64,000 nt of DNA from Deltaproteobacteria bacterium (GTDB lineage Bacteria; Myxococcota; Kuafuiibacteriia; Kuafuiibacteriales; Kuafuiibacteriaceae): positions 79,934-143,933 of the forward strand of contig JAVJQW010000047.1 of assembly GCA_040218735.1 (NCBI GenBank), given 5' to 3'. Under the pieces are notes generated by a model, which ran no database searches, had not been told where the DNA came from, and saw nothing but the letters and a program-made list of their open reading frames with translations. The position numbers and the translations under genes were made by a program. Below, one piece after another: positions 48,468 to 58,228 of the stretch (its first letter is position 1; each line of letters starts with the position of its first letter).

Positions 48468-48654
48468 AGCGCCGCGACCGTAGCGAACACCGGATGGCGA
48501 AGTGAATACGACGACTTACGCGCCCGGAGCGGGGAGCCTGTCCACGGGTATGTCGCATATCTGACAAAAGCACACATCAACCAAGCAACGCCTGACGATA
48601 AGAACTTCACCTCAGCCACACGTGCTGAGGCAGGCACGAAAGGAATCTGAAGCT

Positions 48655-50724
48655 ATGCCCGTCAACAACCGCAAAGACGAACTCCTCGCCCGTCTCCGCG
48701 CACGCCAGCCCAACGTCGATGCCCCCAGCGTCACCCCGACCCCGACCGATCCGGCGCCGACGACGCCGACCGGCGTCGACAACGTCGACACCCCGCTCCC
48801 GCCGAACGCCGGACAGCCCGCCGACCCGGGTCCGAGCGTCAGCGACACGAACACGCCTCCGCCCGGCACGGTGAGCCCGATCGACGTCCAGGGCCCGGCC
48901 CCGACCGACGACGGCATCCCGAAGACGTCGCTGAACCCGACCGGCAACCCGGTCAAGCTCACGACCGCCATGAAGGTCGTCGTAAAGCCCGCGTCCGAGG
49001 CGCTCGACCTCGACGTCATCAACGCGGAGTTCAACCCCTTCAAGGCGATGATCGGTGAGTTCACCGACCCGGCCGAGATGTACGTCGGCAAGGCGTTCAT
49101 CCCGACGCGTGACCTCATCGGCGGCGTCATCCAGGCCGGTGGCGGCGACCCCGCGGCGATGGCGCCCGTGCTCGCGGCCCTCCCGGAGGCCAGCGTCTAC
49201 AAGGGCGCCGGTCAGCAGTTCGCGATCAACGGCGCGGACAAGGCGCCGGGCAACCGCGTCGTCACCTACGGCGGCGACGTCGGGCACAAGAACCTCGACC
49301 ACCTCGTGCAGGAGCTCGGCAAGCAGGGCATCCGTCTCGCGAAGGTGATGATGCACATCAACAACGAGAGCCAGGGCGGCCCGGTCAGCGCCATCGTCGA
49401 AGACGGTGTCGCGGGCACGACGCACACGGGCGGATTCTCGGCGGGCATGAAGGGCGGGAAGCCGTTCTCGATCCGCAGCGACTGGCCGTCGGACTACGGC
49501 ACCCTCGACGACGGCAACCGCACGTACAACGCGCACCTCGTCGGCGTCGACTACCAGGCGGGCACCTCGAAGCAGGTCCCGAAGCCGACCATTCAGGCGT
49601 GGAAGCAGAACGCGGACATGATCGATGCCTTTGCGGGTGTCGTCGTTCCGTTCGCGAGCGGTGATCTCGATCCCCGCTACACCAACTACAAGTTCAACCC
49701 GCTCGAGGTGCACGACTCGGGTTCGGCGAATGCGGTGATGGCAGACCTCGCGTCGCTCGACCGCGACACGCTGCTCCAGAAGCACGGCGCTTTCTACTGC
49801 GCCGAGGGTCAGTTCTCGGTCGCGAGCATGGGCTGGCAGAGCGGCTGCCTCCTCAAGAAGAGCGCGTTCGAGAACACGGCGGCCGGCAAGCTGATCGAGG
49901 CTTTCCAGGCGGCGCCCGGCCTGGAGCGCGACGGCAACGGCAAGATCACCAACCCGGACGTGGGTTGGCAGCACCTCGAGAACGAGGGGCTCATCGACGC
50001 CAGTCAGCACCGGGCCCTCAAGGACACGGGTCGCGACGCCATCGCGCTCGAGTGGGTCCCCGAGGACATCCAGGGTGTGCAGTCGTACGAGCCGCACAAC
50101 GCCGAGGGCATGGTGGCCGAGCCGATGAGCGTCGCGACGATGGCGTGGTCGCTCCTCCGTACGTACATGCCGCGAGAGGGCATGGCGCGTGCGATGGCCG
50201 CCGACATCGCCAAGGCGTTTGCGACGGGTGACGCGACCGTGCAGGCCGGAATCTCCGGTCTGATCGGTGGCGCGAACCCGACGACGCCTCAGGGTCAGCA
50301 GGCGCTCGGCGCGCTCTGCATGAAGGCGGCGAGCGGCCTCCTGTTGAAGGTGCTGGGTTCGGATGACTTCCGCGACAAGCTGCTGCAGAAGGCGGGCTTC
50401 GAGGAGATCACGAACGACGCCGACAAGGCCAAGGTCATGGGGCTCTACCAGGAGTTCGTGGGCACGCTGCAGAGCGCGGACCTGTCGGACCAGGCTGCGC
50501 TGGACAAGGCGGTGAAGGACATCGACACGAAGTTCAAGAACCTCGAGGTCGAGCGCAACGACTTCGACCCGCTGACCGGCGACACCACGGGCCAGCGCAT
50601 GGGCGTCATGATGTACGCGGCGCCGCAGTGCTTCACGTTCTGGACGCAGCAGCCGGAGCTGACCGGCAACAGCGGCGCGCTTCGCTACGTCGCGACCGCG
50701 CAGCACGCCGAGCAGGGCGTCTAG
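48655..50724 (+). CDS. hypothetical protein with Pro/Thr-rich N-terminus
   Basis: 689-aa ORF with strong GC3 bias; no recognised family. Confidence 0.7.
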   Translation: MPVNNRKDELLARLRARQPNVDAPSVTPTPTDPAPTTPTGVDNVDTPLPPNAGQPADPGPSVSDTNTPPPGTVSPIDVQGPAPTDDGIPKTSLNPTGNPVKLTTAMKVVVKPASEALDLDVINAEFNPFKAMIGEFTDPAEMYVGKAFIPTRDLIGGVIQAGGGDPAAMAPVLAALPEASVYKGAGQQFAINGADKAPGNRVVTYGGDVGHKNLDHLVQELGKQGIRLAKVMMHINNESQGGPVSAIVEDGVAGTTHTGGFSAGMKGGKPFSIRSDWPSDYGTLDDGNRTYNAHLVGVDYQAGTSKQVPKPTIQAWKQNADMIDAFAGVVVPFASGDLDPRYTNYKFNPLEVHDSGSANAVMADLASLDRDTLLQKHGAFYCAEGQFSVASMGWQSGCLLKKSAFENTAAGKLIEAFQAAPGLERDGNGKITNPDVGWQHLENEGLIDASQHRALKDTGRDAIALEWVPEDIQGVQSYEPHNAEGMVAEPMSVATMAWSLLRTYMPREGMARAMAADIAKAFATGDATVQAGISGLIGGANPTTPQGQQALGALCMKAASGLLLKVLGSDDFRDKLLQKAGFEEITNDADKAKVMGLYQEFVGTLQSADLSDQAALDKAVKDIDTKFKNLEVERNDFDPLTGDTTGQRMGVMMYAAPQCFTFWTQQPELTGNSGALRYVATAQHAEQGV

Positions 50725-50753
50725 CCCATCCAGCGAGCGTCTCCGCGTTCGGG

Positions 50754-50776
50754 CGGGCCCCGTGCTCCGGGGCCCG
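50754..50776. terminator. GC hairpin between convergent genes
   Basis: CGGGCCCC-7nt-GGGGCCCG. Confidence 0.4.
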
Positions 50777-51307
50777 TCAGTTCGATTCGACGAGCACCAT
50801 CCGAAACTGAATCTCCCCGTCGTCGGTCTGCTCGTAGAGCACCGGCGCTCCCGGGCGTGACTTCGCAAAGTAGAAATTCTTGATGCGGACGACCTTCGCG
50901 TCGGGGTCACGCACCTCGTAGCGCCAGGCCTCGAAGCGCCCGGCGGGGGTGTCGACTTCGACGTCCAAGATCTTGGTGTGCGCGGCGGGGAACGTCGCGT
51001 GGGCTTCCAGCTCGGTCCACGTGGCGGTGCTGGTCTTCGTGCCGCCGAGGGCCTCGCCGCCCGCGTTGAACGAGTCGACGGCGAACGTTACGCGGGACGC
51101 GTCGGCTTTGACGACGCGGGTCACTTGGCGAACGGGAGGCTCGCGGAGCTTGCGCATCTCGTAGGTCCAGGTGGTGCCCTGGGGCGTCGCGTCGCGGATC
51201 TGCGCCGCAGTGAAGGGCCGCGGGGCGTGGTCGCTGGTCGCTGCGGGGTTCGTGGGTGCGGTCTTGCAGGCGGTGAGGGCGAGGAGCGTGAAGAGGGCGC
51301 GACGCAT
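50777..51307 (-). CDS. hypothetical lipoprotein
   Basis: Lipobox LTAC; V.TPAG.F motif. Confidence 0.65.
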   Translation of the reverse strand: MRRALFTLLALTACKTAPTNPAATSDHAPRPFTAAQIRDATPQGTTWTYEMRKLREPPVRQVTRVVKADASRVTFAVDSFNAGGEALGGTKTSTATWTELEAHATFPAAHTKILDVEVDTPAGRFEAWRYEVRDPDAKVVRIKNFYFAKSRPGAPVLYEQTDDGEIQFRMVLVESN

Positions 51308-51389
51308 CGGGCCGGGAGGGTGGTGCGGCGCGCGGCGCAGGTCAACGCCGCCGGTACACGAGCGCCCCGTTGCTGTACCGTGCGTGGCC

Positions 51390-53507
51390 ATGGCGCGAGT
51401 GCACCACCGAACCTGCCATCTCTGCGAAGCGATGTGCGGTGTGACGATCTCGATCGACGACGACGAGAACATCACGCGGATCACCGGCGACGAGGACGAC
51501 CCGTTCTCGTTGGGTCACATCTGCCCGAAGGCAGCGGCGCTCAAGGACGTGCACGAGGACCCGGATCGTCTGAAGACGCCGATGCGTCGGGAGGGTGACC
51601 GGTGGCTCCCGATGGATTGGGACGAGGCGTTCGATCGTGTGGCGACGGAGCTCCGTTCCATTCAGAAGAAGTACGGTCGGAGCGCGGTGGGCCTCTACCA
51701 GGGCAACCCGTCGGTCCACAACTTGGGTTCGATGACGCACGGGCAGGTGTTCGCGCGGGCGTTGCGGACGCCGAACAAGTTCTCTGCGACGTCGCTGGAT
51801 CAGCTCCCGCACATGCTCGCGGGGCTGATGATGTTCGGGCACCAACTCATGCTGCCGGTGCCGGATGTGGATCGGACGGACTACTTCCTGGTGCTGGGGG
51901 CCAATCCGCTGATCTCGAACGGGTCGCTGATGACGGCGCCGGGGATCAAGAAGCGGCTCGAGGCGTTGCGGGCGCGCGGTGGTCGTCTGGTCGTGGTGGA
52001 CCCGCGGCGCACGGAGACGGCCGAGATGGCCGATACCCACGTGCCGATTCAGCCGGGTGGGGATGCGTACTTCCTGCTGGGGTTGTTGCACGTGGTGCTA
52101 CGGGACCGCGGGGCGCAGCTCGGGCGCCTGGCGCGGCACGCGGTGGGTTTGGCGGAGGTCGAGCGGTTGGCGCGGGCGTATCCGCCATCGCGGGTGGCGG
52201 AGCGGTGCGGTGTTCCGGCGGAGCAGATCGAGTCGATCGCCTTGGCCTTCGCGGATGCTCCGACGGCGGTGGCCTACGGGCGCGTGGGGGTGTGTACCCA
52301 AGAGTTCGGTGGGCTGAACGCGTGGTTGATCAACGTGCTCTGCGCGGTGACGGGGAACTTGGATCGGGCGGGTGGAGCGATGTTCACGTCGCCCGCCGTG
52401 GACCCGATGAGCGCGGAACAGTTCGTGGGTTTGCGCGGGCACTTCGGACGACGTCGCTCGCGGGTGCGTGGGCTGCCTGAGTTCGGGGGTGAGTTCCCGT
52501 CGTCGGCGTTGGCGGAGGAGATCGACACCCCCGGCGAGGGCCAGATTCGTGCGCTGGTGACTTCGTGTGGGAACCCAGTGTTGTCGGCGCCGAACGGACG
52601 ACGGCTCGATGAGGCGCTGGCTTCGTTGGAGCTGATGGTTTCAGTCGACATCTACCTGAACGAGACGACGCGGCATGCGCACTACGTGTTGCCGCCGACG
52701 TTCGGGTTGGAGCGGGACCACTACGATCTGATCTTCCACCTGCTCGCGGTGCGGAACACGGCGAAGTTCAGCGGTCCGACGTTCGAGCGCGCGGCGAACC
52801 AGCGGCACGACTGGGAGATTTGGCAGGAGCTCGCGTGGCGGTTGGAGAAGCCGTCGCTGGTGCGCACGGCGAAGAAGGCGGTGCTGAACCGGTTGACGCC
52901 ACGCCACGTGATCGACCTGGGGTTGCGGACGGGCGCGTATGAGTTGTCCGTGAAGAAGCTGTTGGAGCTGCCGCACGGCGTCGATCTGGGGCCGCTGAAG
53001 CCGGTGCTGCCGGATCGGTTGTTCACGCGGGATCATCGAGTCGACCTGGCGCCGGCGTTGTTCCTCGACGACGTGGAGCGGCTGGAGAAGCGGCTCGTGT
53101 CGGATTCGTCGGGCGGCATGTCGTTGATTGGGCGGCGTGAGCTGCGCACGAACAACTCGTGGATGCACAACAGCGAGCGGCTCGTGAAGGGACGTGAGCG
53201 TTGCACGCTGCGGATTCACCCGTCCGATGCGGAGCGGCTGTCGTTGGCGGACGGCGATGCGGCGCGGATTGCTTCGGCGGTGGGTGAGATCTCGGCGCCC
53301 GTCGAGGTCACGGACGAGATGCGGCCGGGGGTGGTGAGTTTGCCTCACGGTTGGGGGCACAATCGAGATGGGGTGCGGCTGCGCGTGGCGTCGTCGCGCC
53401 CGGGCGTGAGTATCAATGATCTCACGGATGATGGTTTGTTGGATGAGTTGTCGGGGACGGTGCGGTTCTCCGATGTCCCCGTGACGATAACGCGGGTGGA
53501 GGGCTGA
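51390..53507 (+). CDS. molybdopterin-dependent oxidoreductase
   Basis: C.LCEA.CG...GHICPK 4Fe-4S motif, GANP..SNGS, D.YLNETT and C-terminal IHP.DA...SLPHGWG. Confidence 0.92.
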   Translation: MARVHHRTCHLCEAMCGVTISIDDDENITRITGDEDDPFSLGHICPKAAALKDVHEDPDRLKTPMRREGDRWLPMDWDEAFDRVATELRSIQKKYGRSAVGLYQGNPSVHNLGSMTHGQVFARALRTPNKFSATSLDQLPHMLAGLMMFGHQLMLPVPDVDRTDYFLVLGANPLISNGSLMTAPGIKKRLEALRARGGRLVVVDPRRTETAEMADTHVPIQPGGDAYFLLGLLHVVLRDRGAQLGRLARHAVGLAEVERLARAYPPSRVAERCGVPAEQIESIALAFADAPTAVAYGRVGVCTQEFGGLNAWLINVLCAVTGNLDRAGGAMFTSPAVDPMSAEQFVGLRGHFGRRRSRVRGLPEFGGEFPSSALAEEIDTPGEGQIRALVTSCGNPVLSAPNGRRLDEALASLELMVSVDIYLNETTRHAHYVLPPTFGLERDHYDLIFHLLAVRNTAKFSGPTFERAANQRHDWEIWQELAWRLEKPSLVRTAKKAVLNRLTPRHVIDLGLRTGAYELSVKKLLELPHGVDLGPLKPVLPDRLFTRDHRVDLAPALFLDDVERLEKRLVSDSSGGMSLIGRRELRTNNSWMHNSERLVKGRERCTLRIHPSDAERLSLADGDAARIASAVGEISAPVEVTDEMRPGVVSLPHGWGHNRDGVRLRVASSRPGVSINDLTDDGLLDELSGTVRFSDVPVTITRVEG

Positions 53508-53512
53508 TTTCG

Positions 53513-54175
53513 ATGTCACCGAGAACGATCAAAATGGACGACGAGGTCTACTCGTACTTCCTCGACATTTCGGTTCGAGAGCACGACGTGCTGCGAAGGC
53601 TCCGCGAGGAGACGCAGGCGATGGAGCACGCGCGGATGCAGATCGCGCCGGAGCAGGGGCAATTCATGCGCCTGCTGGTAGAGCTGCTCGACGCCCGGCG
53701 AACGATCGAGGTGGGTACGTTCACGGGTTACAGCGCGCTCGCGACGGCGCTTGCGCTGCCGGAGGACGGGAAGGTGATCGCGTGTGACGTGAGTGAGGAG
53801 TGGACTTCGATCGGGCGTCGGTACTGGGAGGAAGCGGGGGTGGCTTCGAAGATCGACCTGCGGATTGGGCCGGCGAACGACACCTTGGATTCGCTCATCG
53901 CAGAGGGCGGCGCCGGTGAGTTCGACTTCATGTTCATCGACGCGGATAAATCGGGGTACCCGAGCTACTACGAGAAGGGTCTGGCTTTGCTACGCAAGGG
54001 TGGGTTGATCGGAATCGATAATGCGCTGTGGGGAGGTTCGATTGCCGACGCCTCCGACACGGGCGCAGACACCGAGGCGATTCGTGAGATCGATCGGCGC
54101 GTGCGCGATGACGACCGCGTCACTTCGAGCCTCGTCCCCATCGGGGATGGGTTGTTGCTCGCCCGAAAACGCTGA
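53513..54175 (+). CDS. class I SAM O-methyltransferase (COMT/CCoAOMT-like)
   Basis: [20 protein letters not shown] and PIGDG motifs. Confidence 0.92.
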   Translation: MSPRTIKMDDEVYSYFLDISVREHDVLRRLREETQAMEHARMQIAPEQGQFMRLLVELLDARRTIEVGTFTGYSALATALALPEDGKVIACDVSEEWTSIGRRYWEEAGVASKIDLRIGPANDTLDSLIAEGGAGEFDFMFIDADKSGYPSYYEKGLALLRKGGLIGIDNALWGGSIADASDTGADTEAIREIDRRVRDDDRVTSSLVPIGDGLLLARKR

Positions 54176-54233
54176 GTTTCCGCAACGAATTTCAAACCCT
54201 TTCCTGTTGCATTCCAGGCTGGCCCCCCGCCAA

Positions 54234-54250
54234 CCTGAACACATGAACAC
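54234..54250. promoter_or_regulatory. putative Myxococcus-type LexA box at the intI promoter
   Basis: CCTGAACACATGAACAC matches 15/17 positions of the reverse complement of the M. xanthus LexA consensus as recalled; TTGCAT-N18-CAACCT promoter candidate overlaps it. Confidence 0.5.
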
Positions 54251-55295
54251 GATGCCTCCCCTGGCCCGCGGCAAGCGCGAGAGCGCCCCCACCGCGGCTC
54301 CGCTCCCGGACGACTCGGATCGCCCGCTCATGAAACAAGTGCGCGGAGCGATCCGCGTACGTCACTTCAGTCGACGAACAGAGGACGCGTACACCCGGTG
54401 GATTCGACGTTTCATTCGCTTCTCGGGCATGCGCCACCCCCGAGAGCTCGGGGCGGAGGACGTCGAGAGGTTCCTCACGTCGTTGGCGGAGGACCGTGGC
54501 GTCGCGGCGTCGACGCAGAACCAGGCGCTGTCGGCGCTCCTGTTCCTCTACGGCGAAGTGCTTCGGGTCGACCTGCCGTGGATGCACGAGATCGTCCGCG
54601 CCAAGCGGCCGCTCCGTTTGCCTGTGGTGCTGACGCGTTCGGAGGTGGAGCGAGTCCTGAAGGAGCTCCCGGATCCGGCGCGTCTGGCGTCGCACCTGAT
54701 GTATGGCGCGGGGCTCCGCTTGCTCGAGTGTCTGCGTTTGCGTGTGAAGGACCTCGACTTCGAGCGAAGCACGTTGGTGATTCGAGAGGGCAAGGGCGCG
54801 CGCGATCGGCGCACGGTCTTGCCGATGTCCTTGGCTGCGCCCCTTCGAAACCACCTGGTCACGGTGCAGGCGCAGCATGACGTCGACCTGGAGCGAGGTG
54901 CGGGTCATGTGGAGCTCCCAACGGCGCTCGCGAAGAAGTTCCCGAATGCCTCGCGCGACTGGAAGTGGCAGTGGGTCTTCCCGGCCACGCGAACTTACCG
55001 CCACCGAGAGTCCGGCGAGCACCGTCGCCACCACCTCCACGAGACGGTCGTCCAGCGCGCAGTCACCGCCGCCGGCCGAGCGGCCCACCTGGAAAAGCGC
55101 GTCACCTGCCACACCTTCCGCCACAGCTTCGCCACCCACCTCCTCGAGGACGGCTACGACATCCGCACCGTCCAGGAGCTCCTCGGCCACCGAGACGTCC
55201 GCACCACGATGATCTACACCCACGTCCTCAACCGAGGCCCCGGCGCCGTCAAGAGCCCCGCCGACCGCCTCGCCCCCTTCGAAAGCAAGGAGTAG
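54243..55295 (+). CDS. intI: integron integrase (tyrosine recombinase)
   Basis: S.STQNQAL.AL.FLY, YGAGLR..E, GKG..DR, IntI-specific patch (L.KK.P.A...W.WQWVFP...RRHH), [14 protein letters not shown]....TT.IY; start could be 54252 or 54330. Confidence 0.96.
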   Translation: MNTMPPLARGKRESAPTAAPLPDDSDRPLMKQVRGAIRVRHFSRRTEDAYTRWIRRFIRFSGMRHPRELGAEDVERFLTSLAEDRGVAASTQNQALSALLFLYGEVLRVDLPWMHEIVRAKRPLRLPVVLTRSEVERVLKELPDPARLASHLMYGAGLRLLECLRLRVKDLDFERSTLVIREGKGARDRRTVLPMSLAAPLRNHLVTVQAQHDVDLERGAGHVELPTALAKKFPNASRDWKWQWVFPATRTYRHRESGEHRRHHLHETVVQRAVTAAGRAAHLEKRVTCHTFRHSFATHLLEDGYDIRTVQELLGHRDVRTTMIYTHVLNRGPGAVKSPADRLAPFESKE

Positions 55296-55395
55296 CCGAA
55301 CCCAAGACCAAGCCAGCGCGAGGGTGCGCACAGGCCCGGGATATCCCAGACCGCAAGAACACAGTACGCTAGACTCGCAGACACCCGCCCCCGGC

Positions 55396-55438
55396 CTTGG
55401 ATCCCGCGATCTCCAAGACCGCCGACTTGGTGTTGGAC
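55396..55438 (+). other. putative attI site (core GTTGGAC 55432-55438)
   Basis: Core is the exact complement of R'' in the first attC; no attC hairpin upstream; short CCAAG/CTTGG inverted repeats; left boundary uncertain. Confidence 0.65.
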
Positions 55439-55452
55439 GGACGAGTCGACGA

Positions 55453-55869
55453 ATGTGGAATCCGACGCCATACCTGCTTGCCGTTGTCGTCCGGCTCAGG
55501 CAGTCCGCGCGGCTCCTTCTGCGATTCATCGTCGCCGCGACAGGCGTCACGGCTCTGGCCCTTTCGTGCATTCTCCTGCTGCGCGTCATCGTGTTCGATG
55601 CGGCTCTGGATGAGCCCCGCGCGTGCGCGCTCGCGAAGGAGCACGTCTCTGCCAGAGGTTTGCTTCCGGCGCGCTGCGGTCGCTTTGGTACAACGGATTC
55701 GGTCGGGAGCATCTGCGTCTACGATTCGCGTGGCAAACCCATCTTCCACGCGATGCTGTTCGGAGGGGCGCTACCATTTGAGGAGTGGCACGTCGACAAG
55801 TCGTGGGGCACTGGCGACTCGACAGTCACGAGCCACGAGTTTGCTCGTGGGATGTGCTCACCGGAGTAG
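55453..55869 (+). CDS. cassette 1: hypothetical membrane-anchored protein
   Basis: ATG 21 nt after the core; one TM; fills the cassette. Confidence 0.5.
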   Translation: MWNPTPYLLAVVVRLRQSARLLLRFIVAATGVTALALSCILLLRVIVFDAALDEPRACALAKEHVSARGLLPARCGRFGTTDSVGSICVYDSRGKPIFHAMLFGGALPFEEWHVDKSWGTGDSTVTSHEFARGMCSPE

Positions 55870-55963
55870 CTCTTGCGTTGGCGACGAACCGAGGTCGCGA
55901 TGGCTGCGCGTGCTTCGGTGCTTCGACCGGGCGTTCTAGCCAACCCAGTTGCCAAAGCGCGCC

Positions 55964-56027
55964 GTCCAACATGATGATGAAGACGGACAGGGGCTTCGCC
56001 CCTGCCGCTTATCATCGGGTGTTGGAC
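55964..56027 (+). repeat. attC 1
   Basis: GTCCAAC...hairpin with TTC loop...GTTGGAC. Confidence 0.92.
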
Positions 56028-56112
56028 GGACCAGAGGACGGATGTTGACAGCCCGACCTCGCTGCGCCGATCCTGTCCTGTCGCTCCGATTGGGCGACGA
56101 AAGGCAGGCCCA

Positions 56113-56688
56113 GTGTTCGTCTCAGATTCCAACGGAGCAATCTTGCACACCGGCGGCGGACTCTTCGATCTCCACCGTGTCTATCGAGACGCAGGCGTGG
56201 CGCTTCTATCGGATCTCCAAGTCCGAGTGCGAAACTCTGCTCCCGGAGTGCCGCGCCAGATCGTGACCGCGTTTAGCGGCCAGCAGTGCATTCCTATCCT
56301 CTTCCTCATGAGGCATTCGCTCGAACTGCAGCTCAAGATGATTCTCGCGCTCCTCGACGAACTCGATGGGGTCTCTCCGAAGAAGCGCGGCGAGCATCTC
56401 CTCAGCCTATACTGGGGCGAGGTGCAGCGACGCGCCGCCAGACACTTTCGAGACGACGAGCTCAAGAAGTACCTTTCACCCGAGTTCGAGTACATTACTG
56501 AGCAGTTGCGACCGCTCACGGACATCGACGACCGCGGCACCACCTTCCGGTACGAGGACCACGACCAGGCTATGCCATCCCTTGATATCGATGTGTTTGC
56601 AGACAGTTCAGCGGAGGTCTTCCAGACCCTCGACTACCTTGTCGATGCACTAGGGACATTTTGTGACCACAAGGCCGGACGCATATAG
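56113..56688 (+). CDS. cassette 2: HEPN-like domain protein
   Basis: P..F..RH.LEL.LK...H.L...W...D....FRY pattern. Confidence 0.6.
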   Translation: MFVSDSNGAILHTGGGLFDLHRVYRDAGVALLSDLQVRVRNSAPGVPRQIVTAFSGQQCIPILFLMRHSLELQLKMILALLDELDGVSPKKRGEHLLSLYWGEVQRRAARHFRDDELKKYLSPEFEYITEQLRPLTDIDDRGTTFRYEDHDQAMPSLDIDVFADSSAEVFQTLDYLVDALGTFCDHKAGRI

Positions 56689-56699
56689 TGACGCGGGCC

Positions 56700-56761
56700 G
56701 TCCAACAGGATGATGAAGACGGACGGGGCTTCGCCCCGCCGCTTATCATCGGGTGTTGGAT
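56700..56761 (+). repeat. attC 2
   Basis: GTCCAAC...GTTGGAT. Confidence 0.92.
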
Positions 56762-56862
56762 GGACCTGGCTATGGAGGGGATCGTGCCCCGACCTGCGTC
56801 AAGGTACAGGTGGGGCTGTTCCGAGTCTTCGCTTCGAGACGCTTCCGCGGTAACCAGGCACA

Positions 56863-57303
56863 GTGCGCCCGCTACTGCTCCTCGTGCTTCCCACGTTCCT
56901 CCTATGCTGCCAGATACCAACGAAGACTCAAGCCGTCGTTCTTAAGTTCGACCCTCCCGCAAGCGACCCGGTGTTTCGCGACTGTACGATCACGCTCAAC
57001 TGGACGGCGGTGGAACTCCTAAACCAATGCGGACCGCCAATCGACTCCTATCGCAGCGCGAAGGGAAGCGACGTCGTTTGTGTAGCCTACAAGAGCTACG
57101 CGCACTCGATCGCAGCGTCATCGGCGGTGGCTCCCTACTACGTCGTCTGCCTACGGCCCTGGTCGTACCCACGGAAATCCACGGAGACCACTCCGTTCTT
57201 GATACCTCTGATTCCGCCCGAGCAACTCCGCAACTACGTCGTCGAGTCGGTCTACGGGCTGCAGTCGATCCCGGGTACATTGACCTCCTCGACCCCGCGC
57301 TGA
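56863..57303 (+). CDS. cassette 3: putative lipoprotein
   Basis: Hydrophobic signal ending LLCC; stop just before attC. Confidence 0.55.
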   Translation: MRPLLLLVLPTFLLCCQIPTKTQAVVLKFDPPASDPVFRDCTITLNWTAVELLNQCGPPIDSYRSAKGSDVVCVAYKSYAHSIAASSAVAPYYVVCLRPWSYPRKSTETTPFLIPLIPPEQLRNYVVESVYGLQSIPGTLTSSTPR

Positions 57304-57317
57304 GATGATGCGCGGCC

Positions 57318-57381
57318 ATCCAACATGATGATGAAGACGGACGGGGGCTTCGCCCCCGCCGCTTATCATCGGGTGTTGGAT
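57318..57381 (+). repeat. attC 3
   Basis: ATCCAAC...GTTGGAT. Confidence 0.92.
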
Positions 57382-57733
57382 GGACGCGCCGCAGGGTGCG
57401 TACCCTCGAACCACCCCATCAACTTTGCGCAGAAGGGCTGCCGCTTGGGCCGTGCTGATGCGAACTCATCGTCTCGATCGACTCGCCGAGGACGCGCGAG
57501 CGCCCGGGAGGGCAGCGAACGCTGCTCGAGCCCGGAGCGCCGGCACAGCCAGCGCGCGCGGCGGCCGGACACTTCGTGCCTAATGGCGATAACTTGTGCC
57601 CGGCCTACGCGGGCAGGAACTCGGCGTCGCCTGGCGCCTTGCCCCGACCGCTCACGCTTGCGACTATGCGTGCGCCATCCAACAGGATGATGAAGACGGA
57701 CGGGGCTACGCCCCGCCGCTTATCATCATAGTG
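57376..57733 (+). other. cassette 4: apparently ORF-less, family A (near-duplicate of cassette 15)
   Basis: 358 bp; no convincing ORF; TTGCCC-N17-GACTAT at the 3' end. Confidence 0.65.
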
Positions 57734-57739
57734 TTGGGC
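57677..57739 (+). repeat. attC 4
   Basis: ATCCAAC...TAC loop...GTTGGGC. Confidence 0.9.
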
Positions 57740-57765
57740 GGACGAAGCGCGTGAGGAGTCGATCG

Positions 57766-58176
57766 ATGCACGCCGAGGTTGAGTATCTATTCCAACTGGT
57801 CAACGCGGGACTCCTGACCCACGCCGAACTACCCTCGAAGTTGCTCCACCTCGCCGCGACCAAGGAGCCTGAGGACGTCCTCCGAGGCGTTCCCGTGTGG
57901 GTCGCCGAACGTCTCCGCGACATCTGCTCGCGAGGGAGCGGGGACTCTCTTCGGTTCTATCCGACATGGGGGTGCGGAGTTGATCCCGACGAAGCCATGG
58001 ACCGCTACGACGCGGAAGCCGAGGCAGGCCTTCAAAGGCTGCGGGGCTACTTCGCGATTCGTGCAGTTGATGAGACGATGGACGAATCCGCTTCCGCGCG
58101 ACAGCCCGCCACGAACGAGGGACCATTCCGCAATCCCGAGCTTATGCGCGCCGCCCAACAGGATGATGAAGACTGA
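57766..58176 (+). CDS. cassette 5: hypothetical protein
   Basis: GAGGAG RBS; ORF ends inside attC 5. Confidence 0.5.
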   Translation: MHAEVEYLFQLVNAGLLTHAELPSKLLHLAATKEPEDVLRGVPVWVAERLRDICSRGSGDSLRFYPTWGCGVDPDEAMDRYDAEAEAGLQRLRGYFAIRAVDETMDESASARQPATNEGPFRNPELMRAAQQDDED

Positions 58177-58214
58177 CGGGGCTTCGCCCCGCAGCTTATC
58201 ATCGGGTGTTGGGT
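58153..58214 (+). repeat. attC 5
   Basis: GCCCAAC...GTTGGGT; compensatory CTG/CAG pair. Confidence 0.92.
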
Positions 58215-58228
58215 GGACGAGGACGAGG

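Noticed and set aside
9781-50910. Long antisense or alternate-frame ORFs (e.g. 9781-12471, 24852-27728, 29181-31445, 48607-50910)
   Set aside because: Shadow ORFs of high-GC genes; Arg/Pro-rich, no motifs, and they overlap better-supported genes
54203-54218. CCTG-N8-CAGG palindrome as an E. coli-type LexA box
   Set aside because: Spacing does not fit CTG-N10-CAG; the nearby Myxococcus-type site fits better
55296-55431. Pc promoter between intI and attI (TACGCT/TAGACT at 55365-55375)
   Set aside because: No acceptable -35 or TGn extension; cannot be supported from sequence alone
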